Assembly (NCBI GenBank): GCA_031414535.1
Contig: JANNVQ010000053.1
Location: 32,001 to 96,000, forward strand
DNA from: Gemmatimonas sp.
GTDB lineage: Bacteria > Gemmatimonadota > Gemmatimonadetes > Gemmatimonadales > Gemmatimonadaceae
DNA: 64,000 nt
Direction: 5' to 3'
Shown here: positions 28,291-37,761 of the stretch, in pieces
Layout: each line of letters begins with the position of its first letter
How positions within the stretch are numbered: position 1 is the first letter of the stretch
Translations under genes and position numbers: made by a program
Notes under the pieces: model-generated
The model's input: the letters and a program-made list of their open reading frames with translations, nothing else
What the model was told of the DNA's origin: nothing
Databases searched by the model: none

Positions 28291-28836
28291 ATGTCATCTG
28301 CCCCCGTCGTCCTTCTGAATGCGCGCGCCGTCGCGCGGACGATTTCGCGCATGGCCGACGAGATTCTCGAGCGCAATGATGGCCACGAGCGCCTCATGCT
28401 CGTCGGCATTCAGCGCCGCGGCGTGCAAATCGCCGAACGCCTTGCCCAGGTCATCAAGGAACGTGAGGGCGCCACGGTCCCGCTCGGCGCGCTCGACATC
28501 ACGCTCTATCGCGATGACCTGCAGACCGTCGGCCCGCGCCCAGTCGTCGGTCAAACGCATCTGCCCATGGCCCTCGAAGGCCAAGTCGTCGTCATTGTAG
28601 ACGACGTGCTCTTCACTGGCCGCACCATTCGTGCGGCACTCGATGAACTCGCGGACTTCGGTCGCCCAGCGCGCATCATGCTGGCCGTGCTCGTGGACCG
28701 CGGGGGACGCGAACTGCCGATTCACGCAGACGTGGTGGGCCACACCGTCACCGTACAACCGGGCGGACGCGTGGACGTCTTCGTACCGCAACTCGATGAC
28801 CGCGACGAAGTGACCATGGTGGGAGGCGGCACGTGA
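28291..28836 (+). CDS. pyrR: PyrR (pyrimidine regulator / uracil phosphoribosyltransferase)
   Basis: [36 protein letters not shown]. Confidence 0.95.
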   Translation: MSSAPVVLLNARAVARTISRMADEILERNDGHERLMLVGIQRRGVQIAERLAQVIKEREGATVPLGALDITLYRDDLQTVGPRPVVGQTHLPMALEGQVVVIVDDVLFTGRTIRAALDELADFGRPARIMLAVLVDRGGRELPIHADVVGHTVTVQPGGRVDVFVPQLDDRDEVTMVGGGT

Positions 28837-29792
28837 CCTCGCCGCTCGGGAAGGATCTGATCGGACTCGCCGGACTCACGCGCGAACAGATCACCACCAT
28901 CCTCGATGTCGCGGAGCCGTTGCGAGAAGTCTCCGAACGAGCCATCAAGAAGGTTCCGACCCTCCGCGGCATGACGGTCGTGAACCTCTTTTTTGAGGCC
29001 TCCACGCGTACGCGCATCTCGTTTGAGTTCGCCGAGAAGCGAATGAGCGCGGACACGGTGAATGTTGCCCCGGGTAGTTCCTCCGTCTCGAAGGGCGAGA
29101 CGCTTGTGGACACGGCGCGCAATCTCGAGGCCATGCGCATTGATATGGTCGTCATCCGCCACGGCAGCTCCGGAGCCGCGCGCTTTCTCGCGGAGCGGAT
29201 TGAATCCAACGTCATCAACGCCGGTGATGGTACGCACGAGCACCCCACGCAGGGGTTACTCGACCTCCTGACGCTACGCCAACGCTTTGGCTCGCTTGAA
29301 GGTCGCCGCATCTGCATCTGCGGCGATGTGTTGCATTCGCGCGTCGCGCGTTCCAACATCTGGGGACTCAAAGCGCTTGGGGCCGAGGTCGCGGTGTGTG
29401 GCCCGCGCTCGCTGCTGCCCAACGCCATCCACGAGATGGGTGTCGTGGTCTTCAATCGCATTGAAGAAGCCATCGAATGGGCCGAGGCGCTCAACGTGTT
29501 GCGCCTGCAGCTCGAGCGCATGCAGATGGGATACATCCCATCGCTACGCGAGTACAACCGTGTGTTTGGTGTCACCCGCGCGCGCCTCGATAAGGCGCCG
29601 CGCGACATTCTCATCCTTCATCCTGGGCCCATGAATCGCGGCGTGGAGATTGACTCCGACGTTGCCGATGGCCCGCACTCCGTGATCCTCGACCAAGTAA
29701 CCAACGGCGTGGCCGTACGCATGGCCGTGCTCTATCTCCTCGCGGGCCAGAAGGCCTCGCTCGCCGACGTCGCCAAGGGTGGTGCCCAGTGA
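28833..29792 (+). CDS. pyrB: Aspartate carbamoyltransferase catalytic subunit
   Basis: [37 protein letters not shown]. Confidence 0.97.
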   Translation: MTSPLGKDLIGLAGLTREQITTILDVAEPLREVSERAIKKVPTLRGMTVVNLFFEASTRTRISFEFAEKRMSADTVNVAPGSSSVSKGETLVDTARNLEAMRIDMVVIRHGSSGAARFLAERIESNVINAGDGTHEHPTQGLLDLLTLRQRFGSLEGRRICICGDVLHSRVARSNIWGLKALGAEVAVCGPRSLLPNAIHEMGVVVFNRIEEAIEWAEALNVLRLQLERMQMGYIPSLREYNRVFGVTRARLDKAPRDILILHPGPMNRGVEIDSDVADGPHSVILDQVTNGVAVRMAVLYLLAGQKASLADVAKGGAQ

Positions 29793-31072
29793 ACACGCTT
29801 CTCATCAAGGGCGGTCGCCTGATTGACCCCTCGCAGCAACTCGACGCTGTGGGCGATCTGCTCCTCGTCGATGGAAAAGTTGCGCAGGTTGGCGGAAGCA
29901 TCGCCGCACCCGCCGGCGCCGAGACGTATGACGCCAAGGGCCTCGTGGTCGCACCGGGCATGATTGACGTGCACGTGCACCTGCGTGAGCCGGGCAGGGA
30001 AGACGTGGAGACCGTCGCCACCGGCGCGCACTCTGCCGTCGCGGGCGGCTTCACCGCCGTCTGCGCGATGCCCAATACCAAGCCGGTCACCGACAATCAG
30101 GCCACGGTGGGCTTCGTGAAGCGTCAAGGTGAGGCCGCCGGCTTCGCTCGCGTGTATCCCTACGGCGCCATCTCCGTTGGCCAAAAGGGCGAAACGCTCG
30201 CAGAGTTCGGTGAGATGGTCGCCGCCGGTGCCGTCGCCTTCTCGGATGATGGCAAGCCAGTCGAGAATTCGCATCTCATGCGAACGGCGCTTGAGTACGC
30301 CATGACCTTCGGCGTGCCCGTGGTGGAGCACTGCGAGGTGATGTCGCTCGCGCACGGTGGTTCGATGAACGAAGGCATCGTGTCGGCGCGCCTAGGTCTC
30401 AAGGGCATTCCCGGCGAAGCCGAGGAGATTGACGTCATCCGCTGCATCCTCCTCGCCAAGCGCACCGGCGGCCACGTGCATCTCTGCCACCTCTCCACCA
30501 AGGGCTCCGTGGACTTGGTGCGCTGGGGCAAGTCGCAGGGCGTCAACGTCACGTCGGAGGTCTGCTCGCACCATATCTCCCTCACGGAAGATGCGGTGGA
30601 AGGCTACAACACCAACGCCAAAATGAATCCGCCGCTCCGCACCAAGGCGGACGTTGAAGCACTGCAGCAGGGCTTGAAGGACGGCACAATCGACCTGCTG
30701 GTGACGGATCACGCCCCGCATCATTACGACGAAAAGGAACGCGAGTTCGCCGACGCGCCCAATGGCATCGTCGGTTTGGAGACGGCCCTCGGGGTGAACA
30801 TTACCTACCTCGTGGAGACGGGAATTCTCTCGCTCAACGATTTGGTCCTGCGCATGAGTTGCCTCCCGGCCCAGATTTTCCATCTGCCCGGGGGTACACT
30901 CACGACGGGCGGTATTGCCGACGTCACCGTTTTTGACCCCAAGAAGAAGTGGGTCGTGGACCCCAAAGCCTTCAAGTCCAAGGGGCGCAACACCCCCTAC
31001 GGCGGGCACCAATTGACGGGGCAGGCGATCTGTACCGTCGTGGGCGGGAAGATCGTCCATCAGGTGTCGTGA
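29789..31072 (+). CDS. pyrC: Dihydroorotase (long type)
   Basis: [37 protein letters not shown]. Confidence 0.96.
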   Translation: MNTLLIKGGRLIDPSQQLDAVGDLLLVDGKVAQVGGSIAAPAGAETYDAKGLVVAPGMIDVHVHLREPGREDVETVATGAHSAVAGGFTAVCAMPNTKPVTDNQATVGFVKRQGEAAGFARVYPYGAISVGQKGETLAEFGEMVAAGAVAFSDDGKPVENSHLMRTALEYAMTFGVPVVEHCEVMSLAHGGSMNEGIVSARLGLKGIPGEAEEIDVIRCILLAKRTGGHVHLCHLSTKGSVDLVRWGKSQGVNVTSEVCSHHISLTEDAVEGYNTNAKMNPPLRTKADVEALQQGLKDGTIDLLVTDHAPHHYDEKEREFADAPNGIVGLETALGVNITYLVETGILSLNDLVLRMSCLPAQIFHLPGGTLTTGGIADVTVFDPKKKWVVDPKAFKSKGRNTPYGGHQLTGQAICTVVGGKIVHQVS

Positions 31073-31089
31073 CCCCCAACTATGAATCG

Positions 31090-32181
31090 ATGAAGAAGGC
31101 TGACCTCTCGCGTTTGGAAACTCTCGAGGCCCTGATTGCGGAAAAGCGCAAACAGGAGACCTTCCTGGCGAAGCTCCAAGAGCGTCGCGCAGGAACGCCC
31201 GAGCATGTCTTCAAGCGCTTAGAGGACGAGTATCTCACCAAGCTGACTGACGCGCAGGTGAAGGCGGCCGCAGAAGCGGAATCGCTCTCGGGAGGTCTCG
31301 AGGATGACGACGCGGCCGTGGCCGAAGTCCGCGCGAAGCTCGAGCAACTCGAGGAAGAGCGCGTGGAGATGCAGTTGCGGGCCGAAGTCGAGGAATGGGA
31401 CGCAAAGGAAACGCAGAAGAAGCTCACCGCGCTCGGCGCGGCCATTTCGATGGCCGAGAAGGAGCGCGATGCGCGCACGGCGGTCGCCGAGCGTACGCGC
31501 TCCTTGCTCGCGGAAGCTCGCGGGGGCACTCCTGCCAGTGGGCAGCCCGCAGTGTCTGGCGGTGGCGCCCGCCCCCCGATGCGTCCGACCACCGCGACAT
31601 TAACCGGTGGCCCCAATTTCGATGAGCTGGCCTTCTTGAACTCGGTTGTGGGCCGCGCAAGCACGCCATTGCCTGCGATTCGCGATGCCAAACCGGCTGC
31701 GCCCACCGACGAAACCAAGGAATCGGCCTCCGCGGTGCCCCCGAAGCCCGTAGAATCGCCCCGATCCCCGACTTCGGCGGTGCCCGCGCCGTCCGTCGCG
31801 CCGTCCGTCGCGCCGTCCGTCGCGGAGTCCGTAGCCGAGTCTGTCGCCGAGTCTGTCGCGGCTCCGATGGTTCCACCCTCTCCTGCGCCGCCTCCACCGC
31901 CAGTGGTTGTGCCGGCCGTGGTGCCGGCTGTTCTGCCCACTCTGCAGCCGCCAGCCCAGCCTTCGCTTGAGCTAGAGTCCCCTGCGCCGGCCGCCCCGGC
32001 GTCAGTTGCGCCCGCTCCTGCGGTAGACGAAGAGGACGACGAGCCCCCGAGCGCACTTGGCCGACCCACCCCGCGCACGTCCCAGGCGATCAAGACACTC
32101 AAGTGCGCCGAGTGCGGCTCGATGAACTATCCCACCGAGTGGTACTGCGAACGCTGTGGTGGAGAACTGGCGGCACTCTGA
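31090..32181 (+). CDS. Hypothetical protein: N-terminal coiled coil, Pro/Ala-rich linker, C-terminal Zn ribbon
   Basis: Helical charged N-terminus; FDELAFL motif; PSVA/ESVA repeats; KTLKCAECGSMNYPTEWYCERCGGEL. Start could be the GTG at 31069. Confidence 0.75.
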   Translation: MKKADLSRLETLEALIAEKRKQETFLAKLQERRAGTPEHVFKRLEDEYLTKLTDAQVKAAAEAESLSGGLEDDDAAVAEVRAKLEQLEEERVEMQLRAEVEEWDAKETQKKLTALGAAISMAEKERDARTAVAERTRSLLAEARGGTPASGQPAVSGGGARPPMRPTTATLTGGPNFDELAFLNSVVGRASTPLPAIRDAKPAAPTDETKESASAVPPKPVESPRSPTSAVPAPSVAPSVAPSVAESVAESVAESVAAPMVPPSPAPPPPPVVVPAVVPAVLPTLQPPAQPSLELESPAPAAPASVAPAPAVDEEDDEPPSALGRPTPRTSQAIKTLKCAECGSMNYPTEWYCERCGGELAAL

Positions 32182-32207
32182 GTCAGTGACGAGTGAAAGA
32201 GACAGAC

Positions 32208-32243
32208 AGAGGGCACCCCGATTGTTCGAGGCGCCCTCTTTTT
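32208..32243 (+). terminator. Putative intrinsic terminator
   Basis: AGAGGGCACCCCGA-TTGT-TCGAGGCGCCCTCT followed by a T run. Confidence 0.55.
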
Positions 32244-32276
32244 GCATCCATCATCCGCCTTTCGTCCAGTCCTACG

Positions 32277-32312
32277 AAAAGCGCCGGCCACTCGCCATGA
32301 GTGCCCGGCGCT
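32277..32312 (-). terminator. Intrinsic terminator of rpsT
   Basis: On the minus strand: AGCGCCGGGCACTC-ATGGC-GAGTGGCCGGCGCT-TTT. Confidence 0.7.
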
Positions 32313-32331
32313 CGCCCAAATGCGCTTCGGC

Positions 32332-32565
32332 TTACTTCGCCTTCGCCAACTTCGACTTCTGACGGGCCGCAGCGTTCTTATGAATGAGCCCCTTGCGCGC
32401 AGCGCGGTCGAGGAGCTTCACGGCAGTCAGCTTGTCCGTGGCGGACGAGGCATCAGCCTTGGCGGTCTTCAGCGCCGTCCGGAGCGTCGAACGCTGCGCA
32501 CGGTTGCGCGCGGTCGCCGTCTTGGTCTTGCGCATATTCTTCTTCGCGGACGCGATTCTCGGCAC
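32332..32565 (-). CDS. rpsT: 30S ribosomal protein S20
   Basis: IASAKK, RNRAQRSTLRTALK, LDRAARKGLIHKNAAARQKSKL. Confidence 0.96.
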   Translation of the reverse strand: MPRIASAKKNMRKTKTATARNRAQRSTLRTALKTAKADASSATDKLTAVKLLDRAARKGLIHKNAAARQKSKLAKAK

Positions 32566-32639
32566 TGGAACTAGACTCTCTGCAAGTGTGATGGCGTGTG
32601 TTACCGAGGAGAGCGGACACGCCCTCCCTTAGCCACCGA

Positions 32640-32668
32640 AGTCTAGTCGCCACGCCAGTTTACGTCAA
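32640..32668 (-). promoter_or_regulatory. Putative sigma70 promoter of rpsT
   Basis: TTGACG-N17-TAGACT on the minus strand. Confidence 0.65.
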
Positions 32669-32680
32669 GCGACTCCGCGC

Positions 32681-32709
32681 TTGGAGACGGGGCGCCCGAA
32701 GTGTAGCTT
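32681..32709 (+). promoter_or_regulatory. Putative sigma70 promoter of the scpA operon
   Basis: TTGGAG-N17-TAGCTT, divergent from the rpsT promoter. Confidence 0.4.
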
Positions 32710-32724
32710 TACGCCCGACTGCCC

Positions 32725-33498
32725 GTGACGGGCCTCACTCCGACTGCGCCGCCTTTGCTTCCTTCCGCCCCCAACGATCCGCAGGGCACCTCGACGCCCT
32801 TCATCGTTGACCTTTCGGGCTTCAATGGCCCCCTCGACCTGCTCCTCTCGCTCATCCGCGACGAGCAGTTCGACATCTACGACATCCCGGTCGCCAAGGT
32901 CTGCGAGCAGTTCCTCTCGAAGATGCACGAACTGCAGCTGAACGAAGCCGCAGAGTATCTCGAGATGGCCGCTCGCCTGATTCGCATCAAGGCGCAAATG
33001 CTGTTGCCCCGCAAGCACGGCGGCGACGACTTCGAGGATCCGCGCGCAGAACTCGTGCGTCGTCTCCTTGAGTACCAACAGATGCGCGAGGTGGTGGACC
33101 TGCTTGAGCGCCTCGGTGATGACCGGCGCTCGCGCTTTGCCCGAACCTACATGGGCCAGCCGGCCGCACCGCCGCCGGCACCGCTCGCACTCTCCCTCGG
33201 CGACTTGCTGGTGGCCGTGGACCGCGTGCTGCGCACCGCCAAGCGGCCTACCATCCACGAGGTCATCCCTCGTGCGCTCGACGTAGATGGCTACATGCAG
33301 ACCGTGCGCACCATCCTTGGCCTGCGCGCCCACACGCGATTCCGTGAACTCGTGCGCGACGACGCCGAGCCCTGGGAAGTGCTCAGCGCACTGCTCGGCC
33401 TGCTCGAACTCGGCAAGCGCAACGAAGTCCATCTGACCCAACCCCGACCGTTTGCAGACGTGGAGATCCGCCGTGAATCCGCTGGCGAAGCTGCTTGA
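32725..33498 (+). CDS. scpA: Segregation and condensation protein A
   Basis: FNGPLDLLLSLI, DIYDIPV, AAEYLEMAARLIRIKAQMLLP, LVRRLLEYQ. Confidence 0.93.
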   Translation: MTGLTPTAPPLLPSAPNDPQGTSTPFIVDLSGFNGPLDLLLSLIRDEQFDIYDIPVAKVCEQFLSKMHELQLNEAAEYLEMAARLIRIKAQMLLPRKHGGDDFEDPRAELVRRLLEYQQMREVVDLLERLGDDRRSRFARTYMGQPAAPPPAPLALSLGDLLVAVDRVLRTAKRPTIHEVIPRALDVDGYMQTVRTILGLRAHTRFRELVRDDAEPWEVLSALLGLLELGKRNEVHLTQPRPFADVEIRRESAGEAA

Positions 33499-34174
33499 GG
33501 CCGCGCTGTTCGCGAGCCCACGCCCGATTACAACTGATGAACTCGCTGCTCTAGACCCGGAGGCTTCACCGGCCGGCTTGCAGAGTGCGCTCGATGAACT
33601 GCGTGAGCACTACGACGTGGATGGACACGGCGTGGAACTCGTGGAAGTTGGGGCCGGCTGGCAGGTCCTCACTCGGCCCGAATACACGGAGGCTATCGAG
33701 CGCGCCCAGATGGCCGTGCGTCCTACCAAGCTCTCGCCAGCGGCGCTGGAGACGCTCGCGATCATCGCGTATCGTCAGCCGATTGGTCGCGCCGAAGTCG
33801 CGGAGATTCGCGGCGTTGACGTGGGTGCCGTGATCAAGTCGCTGCACGAGCGTGGTCTTATTGATGTGGTGGGCCGTGCCGAAGGACTCGGGCGTCCGCT
33901 GCTCTACGGCACGACGACGATGTTCTTAGAGCAGTTCGCGCTGCGCCATTTGGGAGAGTTGCCGCGCGTGGATGAGCTCGCCATCGCGCTGCGCAAGAAC
34001 GGGCAGCCGCCAATCCTTGCCGCCGATCAACTCGACGCCGCCGATTCCGCCGCCGCTGATGCCGCCGCCGAGGCCGCGAAGGCCGCGGCGGATGCAGCAC
34101 TCGCCAGCGCGGAGGCTGCGACCGCCGCTGCCGTTGCCACCGAGGCCGCCGTCGAGGGCGTTTCCGCCTCGTGA
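33473..34174 (+). CDS. scpB: SMC-Scp complex subunit ScpB
   Basis: LEAALFAS, LSPAALETLAIIAYRQPI, IRGVD, GRPLLYGTT; Ala-rich tail. Confidence 0.95.
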   Translation: MNPLAKLLEAALFASPRPITTDELAALDPEASPAGLQSALDELREHYDVDGHGVELVEVGAGWQVLTRPEYTEAIERAQMAVRPTKLSPAALETLAIIAYRQPIGRAEVAEIRGVDVGAVIKSLHERGLIDVVGRAEGLGRPLLYGTTTMFLEQFALRHLGELPRVDELAIALRKNGQPPILAADQLDAADSAAADAAAEAAKAAADAALASAEAATAAAVATEAAVEGVSAS

Positions 34175-34896
34175 GTGATACCGCGATGCGCATTCAACGC
34201 GCCTTGGCGCGCGCCGGAATCGCGTCGCGGCGCAAGGCGGAAGAACTAGTGGCCGCCGGCCGCGTGCGTGTGAATGGCGAAGTGGCTCGCACGGGCCAAA
34301 GCGTCGAGCCCGGTCGCGACACCATCACCGTGGACGGCAAACCCGTGGCGCTACCACCAGCAGCCAAGTGGCTGGTGCTCCATAAGCCGCCGGGCGTGCT
34401 CACCACGCGGAGCGATCCCCAGGGCCGCCGCACGGTGTTCGATCTTGTGAAGGATGAGCCGGGCCTCACCTACGTGGGACGCCTCGACTATATGACGGAG
34501 GGTGTGCTGCTGCTCACCACAGACGGCGATGCGGCACACTTGCTCACGCATCCGTCCACCGAAGTACCGCGCACCTACGTCGCCACCGTCCGCGGCTCCG
34601 TAAAGGCCGCCGCCGCAGAGATTCGCGGTGGTGTGGAACTCGAGGATGGTCCGGTGCGTCCTGAGTCGGTGGATGTGGCCCCTGGGGAGATGCCCCGCAC
34701 CTGGGACCTGACGCTCACCATTCGCGAAGGCCGCACGCGCGAGGTGCGTCGCCTGTGCGAACACGTGGGACTCGAAGTGCTCCGCCTTGTACGCACATCC
34801 TTCGGCCCCGTGCAACTTGGCAGCCTTGCAGCGGGTACCACCCGTACCTTGACGACCAAGGAGCGCACGCTACTCGATGCGCTCGTTCACCCCTGA
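34171..34896 (+). CDS. rluB: rRNA pseudouridine synthase (RluB/RsuA family)
   Basis: S4 domain (GIASRRKAEEL), HKPPG, VGRLDYMTEG, EGRTREVRR; scpAB-rluB synteny. Confidence 0.88.
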   Translation: MSDTAMRIQRALARAGIASRRKAEELVAAGRVRVNGEVARTGQSVEPGRDTITVDGKPVALPPAAKWLVLHKPPGVLTTRSDPQGRRTVFDLVKDEPGLTYVGRLDYMTEGVLLLTTDGDAAHLLTHPSTEVPRTYVATVRGSVKAAAAEIRGGVELEDGPVRPESVDVAPGEMPRTWDLTLTIREGRTREVRRLCEHVGLEVLRLVRTSFGPVQLGSLAAGTTRTLTTKERTLLDALVHP

Positions 34897-34952
34897 GTTC
34901 ACTGTTCAGTTCACTGCGTAGCTCACCCATCGCTTCACCCTCGACTAACCTG

Positions 34953-35909
34953 ATGTCTGCTTCCTCTGAGCTCCCGAAAGCGATCCTCGGTCAGGTGTCC
35001 CAGCGCGTTGTCGGCCAACAACACATGGTCGAGCGACTGCTCATTGCGCTGCTCACGGGTGGACATGTGCTGCTCGAAGGCGTACCAGGCCTCGCGAAGA
35101 CGCTCACCGTGCGCACGCTCGCCGAGACGGTGCGTACCAGCTTCAGTCGCATTCAGTTCACGCCAGACCTCCTGCCCGCCGACGTCATTGGCACGCAGGT
35201 CTTCGATCAAACCACGGGACAGTTCTCGGTGAAGACGGGGCCAATCTTCGCCAACATCGTCCTCGCCGATGAAATCAATCGTGCACCAGCCAAGGTGCAG
35301 GCCGCGCTACTCGAGGCCATGCAAGAGAAGCAGGTGACGATTGGCGGGACGAGCTTCCGACTCGAGGAGCCTTTCCTCGTGCTCGCCACGCAGAATCCCA
35401 TCGAGCAGGAAGGCACCTATCCGCTGCCCGAAGCGCAGGTTGACCGCTTCATGCTCAAGCTGCGCGTGGGTTATCCGACGCGTGAGGAAGAGCGCGAGAT
35501 TATGCGCCGCATGGCTGGTGGCGTTGATATCCCCGTGCAGGCGGTGGCCGGGCCCGAAGAACTGATGGCCGCACGTCGTGAGATTGCCGCCCTGCATTTG
35601 GACGAGCGCTTGGTGGATTACATCGTGAACATCGTGCACGCCACGCGCGCGCCCAAGGAAGCAGGGCTCGACGACATCGCGCCGCTGGTGGAGTACGGGG
35701 CATCGCCGCGCGCCACGATTGCGCTCGCCCAAGCGGGCCGAGCCCACGCCTGGCTTCGCGGACGAAGCTTCGTCTCGCCCGACGACGTGAAGGCGATCGC
35801 GCCCGACGTGTTGCGCCACCGCGTCCTGATGACCTTCGAGGCCGAAGCCGAAAACGTCACGAGCGACGCCGTCATCACGCGCATCCTCGAGCGCATCGCC
35901 GCCCCGTGA
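34953..35909 (+). CDS. MoxR-family AAA+ ATPase
   Basis: LLEGVPGLAKT, RIQFTPDLLPAD, DEINRAPAKVQ, ATQNPIEQEGTYPLPEAQ, GASPRA. Confidence 0.95.
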   Translation: MSASSELPKAILGQVSQRVVGQQHMVERLLIALLTGGHVLLEGVPGLAKTLTVRTLAETVRTSFSRIQFTPDLLPADVIGTQVFDQTTGQFSVKTGPIFANIVLADEINRAPAKVQAALLEAMQEKQVTIGGTSFRLEEPFLVLATQNPIEQEGTYPLPEAQVDRFMLKLRVGYPTREEEREIMRRMAGGVDIPVQAVAGPEELMAARREIAALHLDERLVDYIVNIVHATRAPKEAGLDDIAPLVEYGASPRATIALAQAGRAHAWLRGRSFVSPDDVKAIAPDVLRHRVLMTFEAEAENVTSDAVITRILERIAAP

Positions 35910-36826
35910 CGCGCGCCGCGGCCGACCACGGCCGCGTGGCGGCCGTTCCCCCGGAAGTCCTCCGGCAGGTCAAGCGCATCGAACTGCGCACCCGCGGTCT
36001 CGTGAACTCAAGCTTCACCGGCGAATACCACTCCGTGTTCAAAGGCATGGGGATGGAGTTCGCCGAAGTGCGCGAGTACCAGCCCGGCGATGAGGTACGC
36101 AGCATCGACTGGAACGTGAGCGCGCGTATGCGGAAGCTCTTCGTGAAGCGGTACGTGGAAGAGCGCGAACTGACCGTGCTTTTGCTGGTCGATACCTCGG
36201 GATCCGCACGCGGTGGCGCCGCGGTGCAAGACAAACAGGGCATGGCGGCCGAGATGGCGGCGGTACTTGCACTCACCGCCACGCGCAACAACGATCGCGT
36301 CGGCCTGCTCTTGCATTCCGATCGCGTGGAGCACGTGGTGCCGCCCAAGAAGGGACGTCGCCACGCGCTGCGCCTCGTGCGCGACGTGCTCGCCGCCCGC
36401 GCCTTGCCGCGCGCCACCAATCTCGGCGCCGCCTGCGACTACGCATCGCGCCTGCTGCCACATCGCAGCATCGTGTTCGTGGTGTCAGACTTCGTGTCGC
36501 CGGACTACGAGCGCCCGCTCACGCATTTAGCGCGCCGCCACGATGTCATTGCCGTGGTGCTCGACGATCCCGGGGAGCGCGAGTTGCCCAACATCGGCGT
36601 GGCGCGACTTGTGGACACGGAATCTGAGGTGTTGGCGGAGGTGGATACCTCCGACCCCACCGTTCGGTCGCGATACGCCGCGCTGTTGCGCGCCGAGCGT
36701 GAGGCTCGGCAGGGCCTGCTGCGCCGCCTTGGCGTGGACGAAGTGATTGTGCCGCTCGAAGATGGCTACGTGGATGCGATGCGTCGCTTCTTCCGGACGC
36801 GAGCGACGCGAGCGCGCCGGCGATGA
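35906..36826 (+). CDS. DUF58 protein (MoxR-associated)
   Basis: GMEFAEVREYQPGDEVRSIDWNVSAR, EERE, DTSGS, SDF. Confidence 0.92.
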   Translation: MTRAAADHGRVAAVPPEVLRQVKRIELRTRGLVNSSFTGEYHSVFKGMGMEFAEVREYQPGDEVRSIDWNVSARMRKLFVKRYVEERELTVLLLVDTSGSARGGAAVQDKQGMAAEMAAVLALTATRNNDRVGLLLHSDRVEHVVPPKKGRRHALRLVRDVLAARALPRATNLGAACDYASRLLPHRSIVFVVSDFVSPDYERPLTHLARRHDVIAVVLDDPGERELPNIGVARLVDTESEVLAEVDTSDPTVRSRYAALLRAEREARQGLLRRLGVDEVIVPLEDGYVDAMRRFFRTRATRARRR

Positions 36827-37761
36827 TGGCGCGTCTTGCACTCGTGCTGCTGTTGCAGGGCGGGGGAGAGCCGCAACGCGCTCCCACCGTCAGTGCACGC
36901 GTGACACCCGCATCGCCGGCCGTCGGCGAGCCCATCACGATTGAACTGCGCGTGCGCGCGCCGCGCGGCACCCTCGTACGCTTCCCGGTGTTGCCTGACA
37001 CCGGTACCCGCATCGAACCCTTGGACCCACGCAGCGTTTCGGCCGCCGCCGCCGGCGAGGTGGATCAGACGGCCACCTATCGTCTGATTGCTTGGGACAC
37101 GGGGAGCGTGAATCTGCAGTTCGGTGATGTCACGCTTGAACGCGCAGGCCTCGCCATACGCTACCCCGTGCGCATCGGCGATCTGCGCATTCGTTCAATG
37201 CTGCCGCGTGACACCGCCGCTCGCGCCCCGAAGCCGGCTCGCGCCCCACTCGACGCCCCGACAATGCCGTGGCGCTGGCTCGTGGCGCTGGTGGTCATCG
37301 CGGGGCTCGGCTGGTGGGGTTGGCGGCGACTGCGCCGGCGTCGGCTGGAGCAGGCGAGCTTCGACCCCGGTGCCGCCGTGCGCGCGAGGCAGGGGTTCGC
37401 GCACGTGCGCGCACTCGAGCTACTAAGCGCGGGAGAGGTGGGCCGTCACGCGCTGGTGCACGTGCAGGTGTTGCGCCGGTATCTCGCGGAGCGTTGGCCG
37501 GAGTTGCCCGCGTCGCTCACGGCACGCGAAATCGAGTTGACGCTCAAGAACACTGAGTTTCCCATTCTACCGGATCGCGTGGTTGCGGCCGTGGCAACAT
37601 GCGAGCAGGTGGCCTACGCCGGAGTTCCCATCGGCGCAGAAGCCTCGGAGCGCCTAGCCGTCGAGGTCACGGGCGTGGTGGAAGACCTCGAGAAGGCGTG
37701 GCGCGCCCGTCAGGCCAAGTCACTCGAAGAATCGCGCATTCGGCGGAAGAAGCTCCGGTGA
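36823..37761 (+). CDS. Membrane-anchored hypothetical protein of the Bat-type cluster
   Basis: Ig-like N-terminal region (VGEPITIELRV), TM segment WRWLVALVVIAGLGWWGW, C-terminal LRRYL...TARE helical domain. Confidence 0.7.
   Translation: MMARLALVLLLQGGGEPQRAPTVSARVTPASPAVGEPITIELRVRAPRGTLVRFPVLPDTGTRIEPLDPRSVSAAAAGEVDQTATYRLIAWDTGSVNLQFGDVTLERAGLAIRYPVRIGDLRIRSMLPRDTAARAPKPARAPLDAPTMPWRWLVALVVIAGLGWWGWRRLRRRRLEQASFDPGAAVRARQGFAHVRALELLSAGEVGRHALVHVQVLRRYLAERWPELPASLTAREIELTLKNTEFPILPDRVVAAVATCEQVAYAGVPIGAEASERLAVEVTGVVEDLEKAWRARQAKSLEESRIRRKKLR

Noticed and set aside
33990..34174. Ala-rich ScpB tail as a separate domain or frameshift product
   Set aside because: Low-complexity acidic or Ala-rich tails are common on ScpB, and the stop overlaps the rluB start normally.
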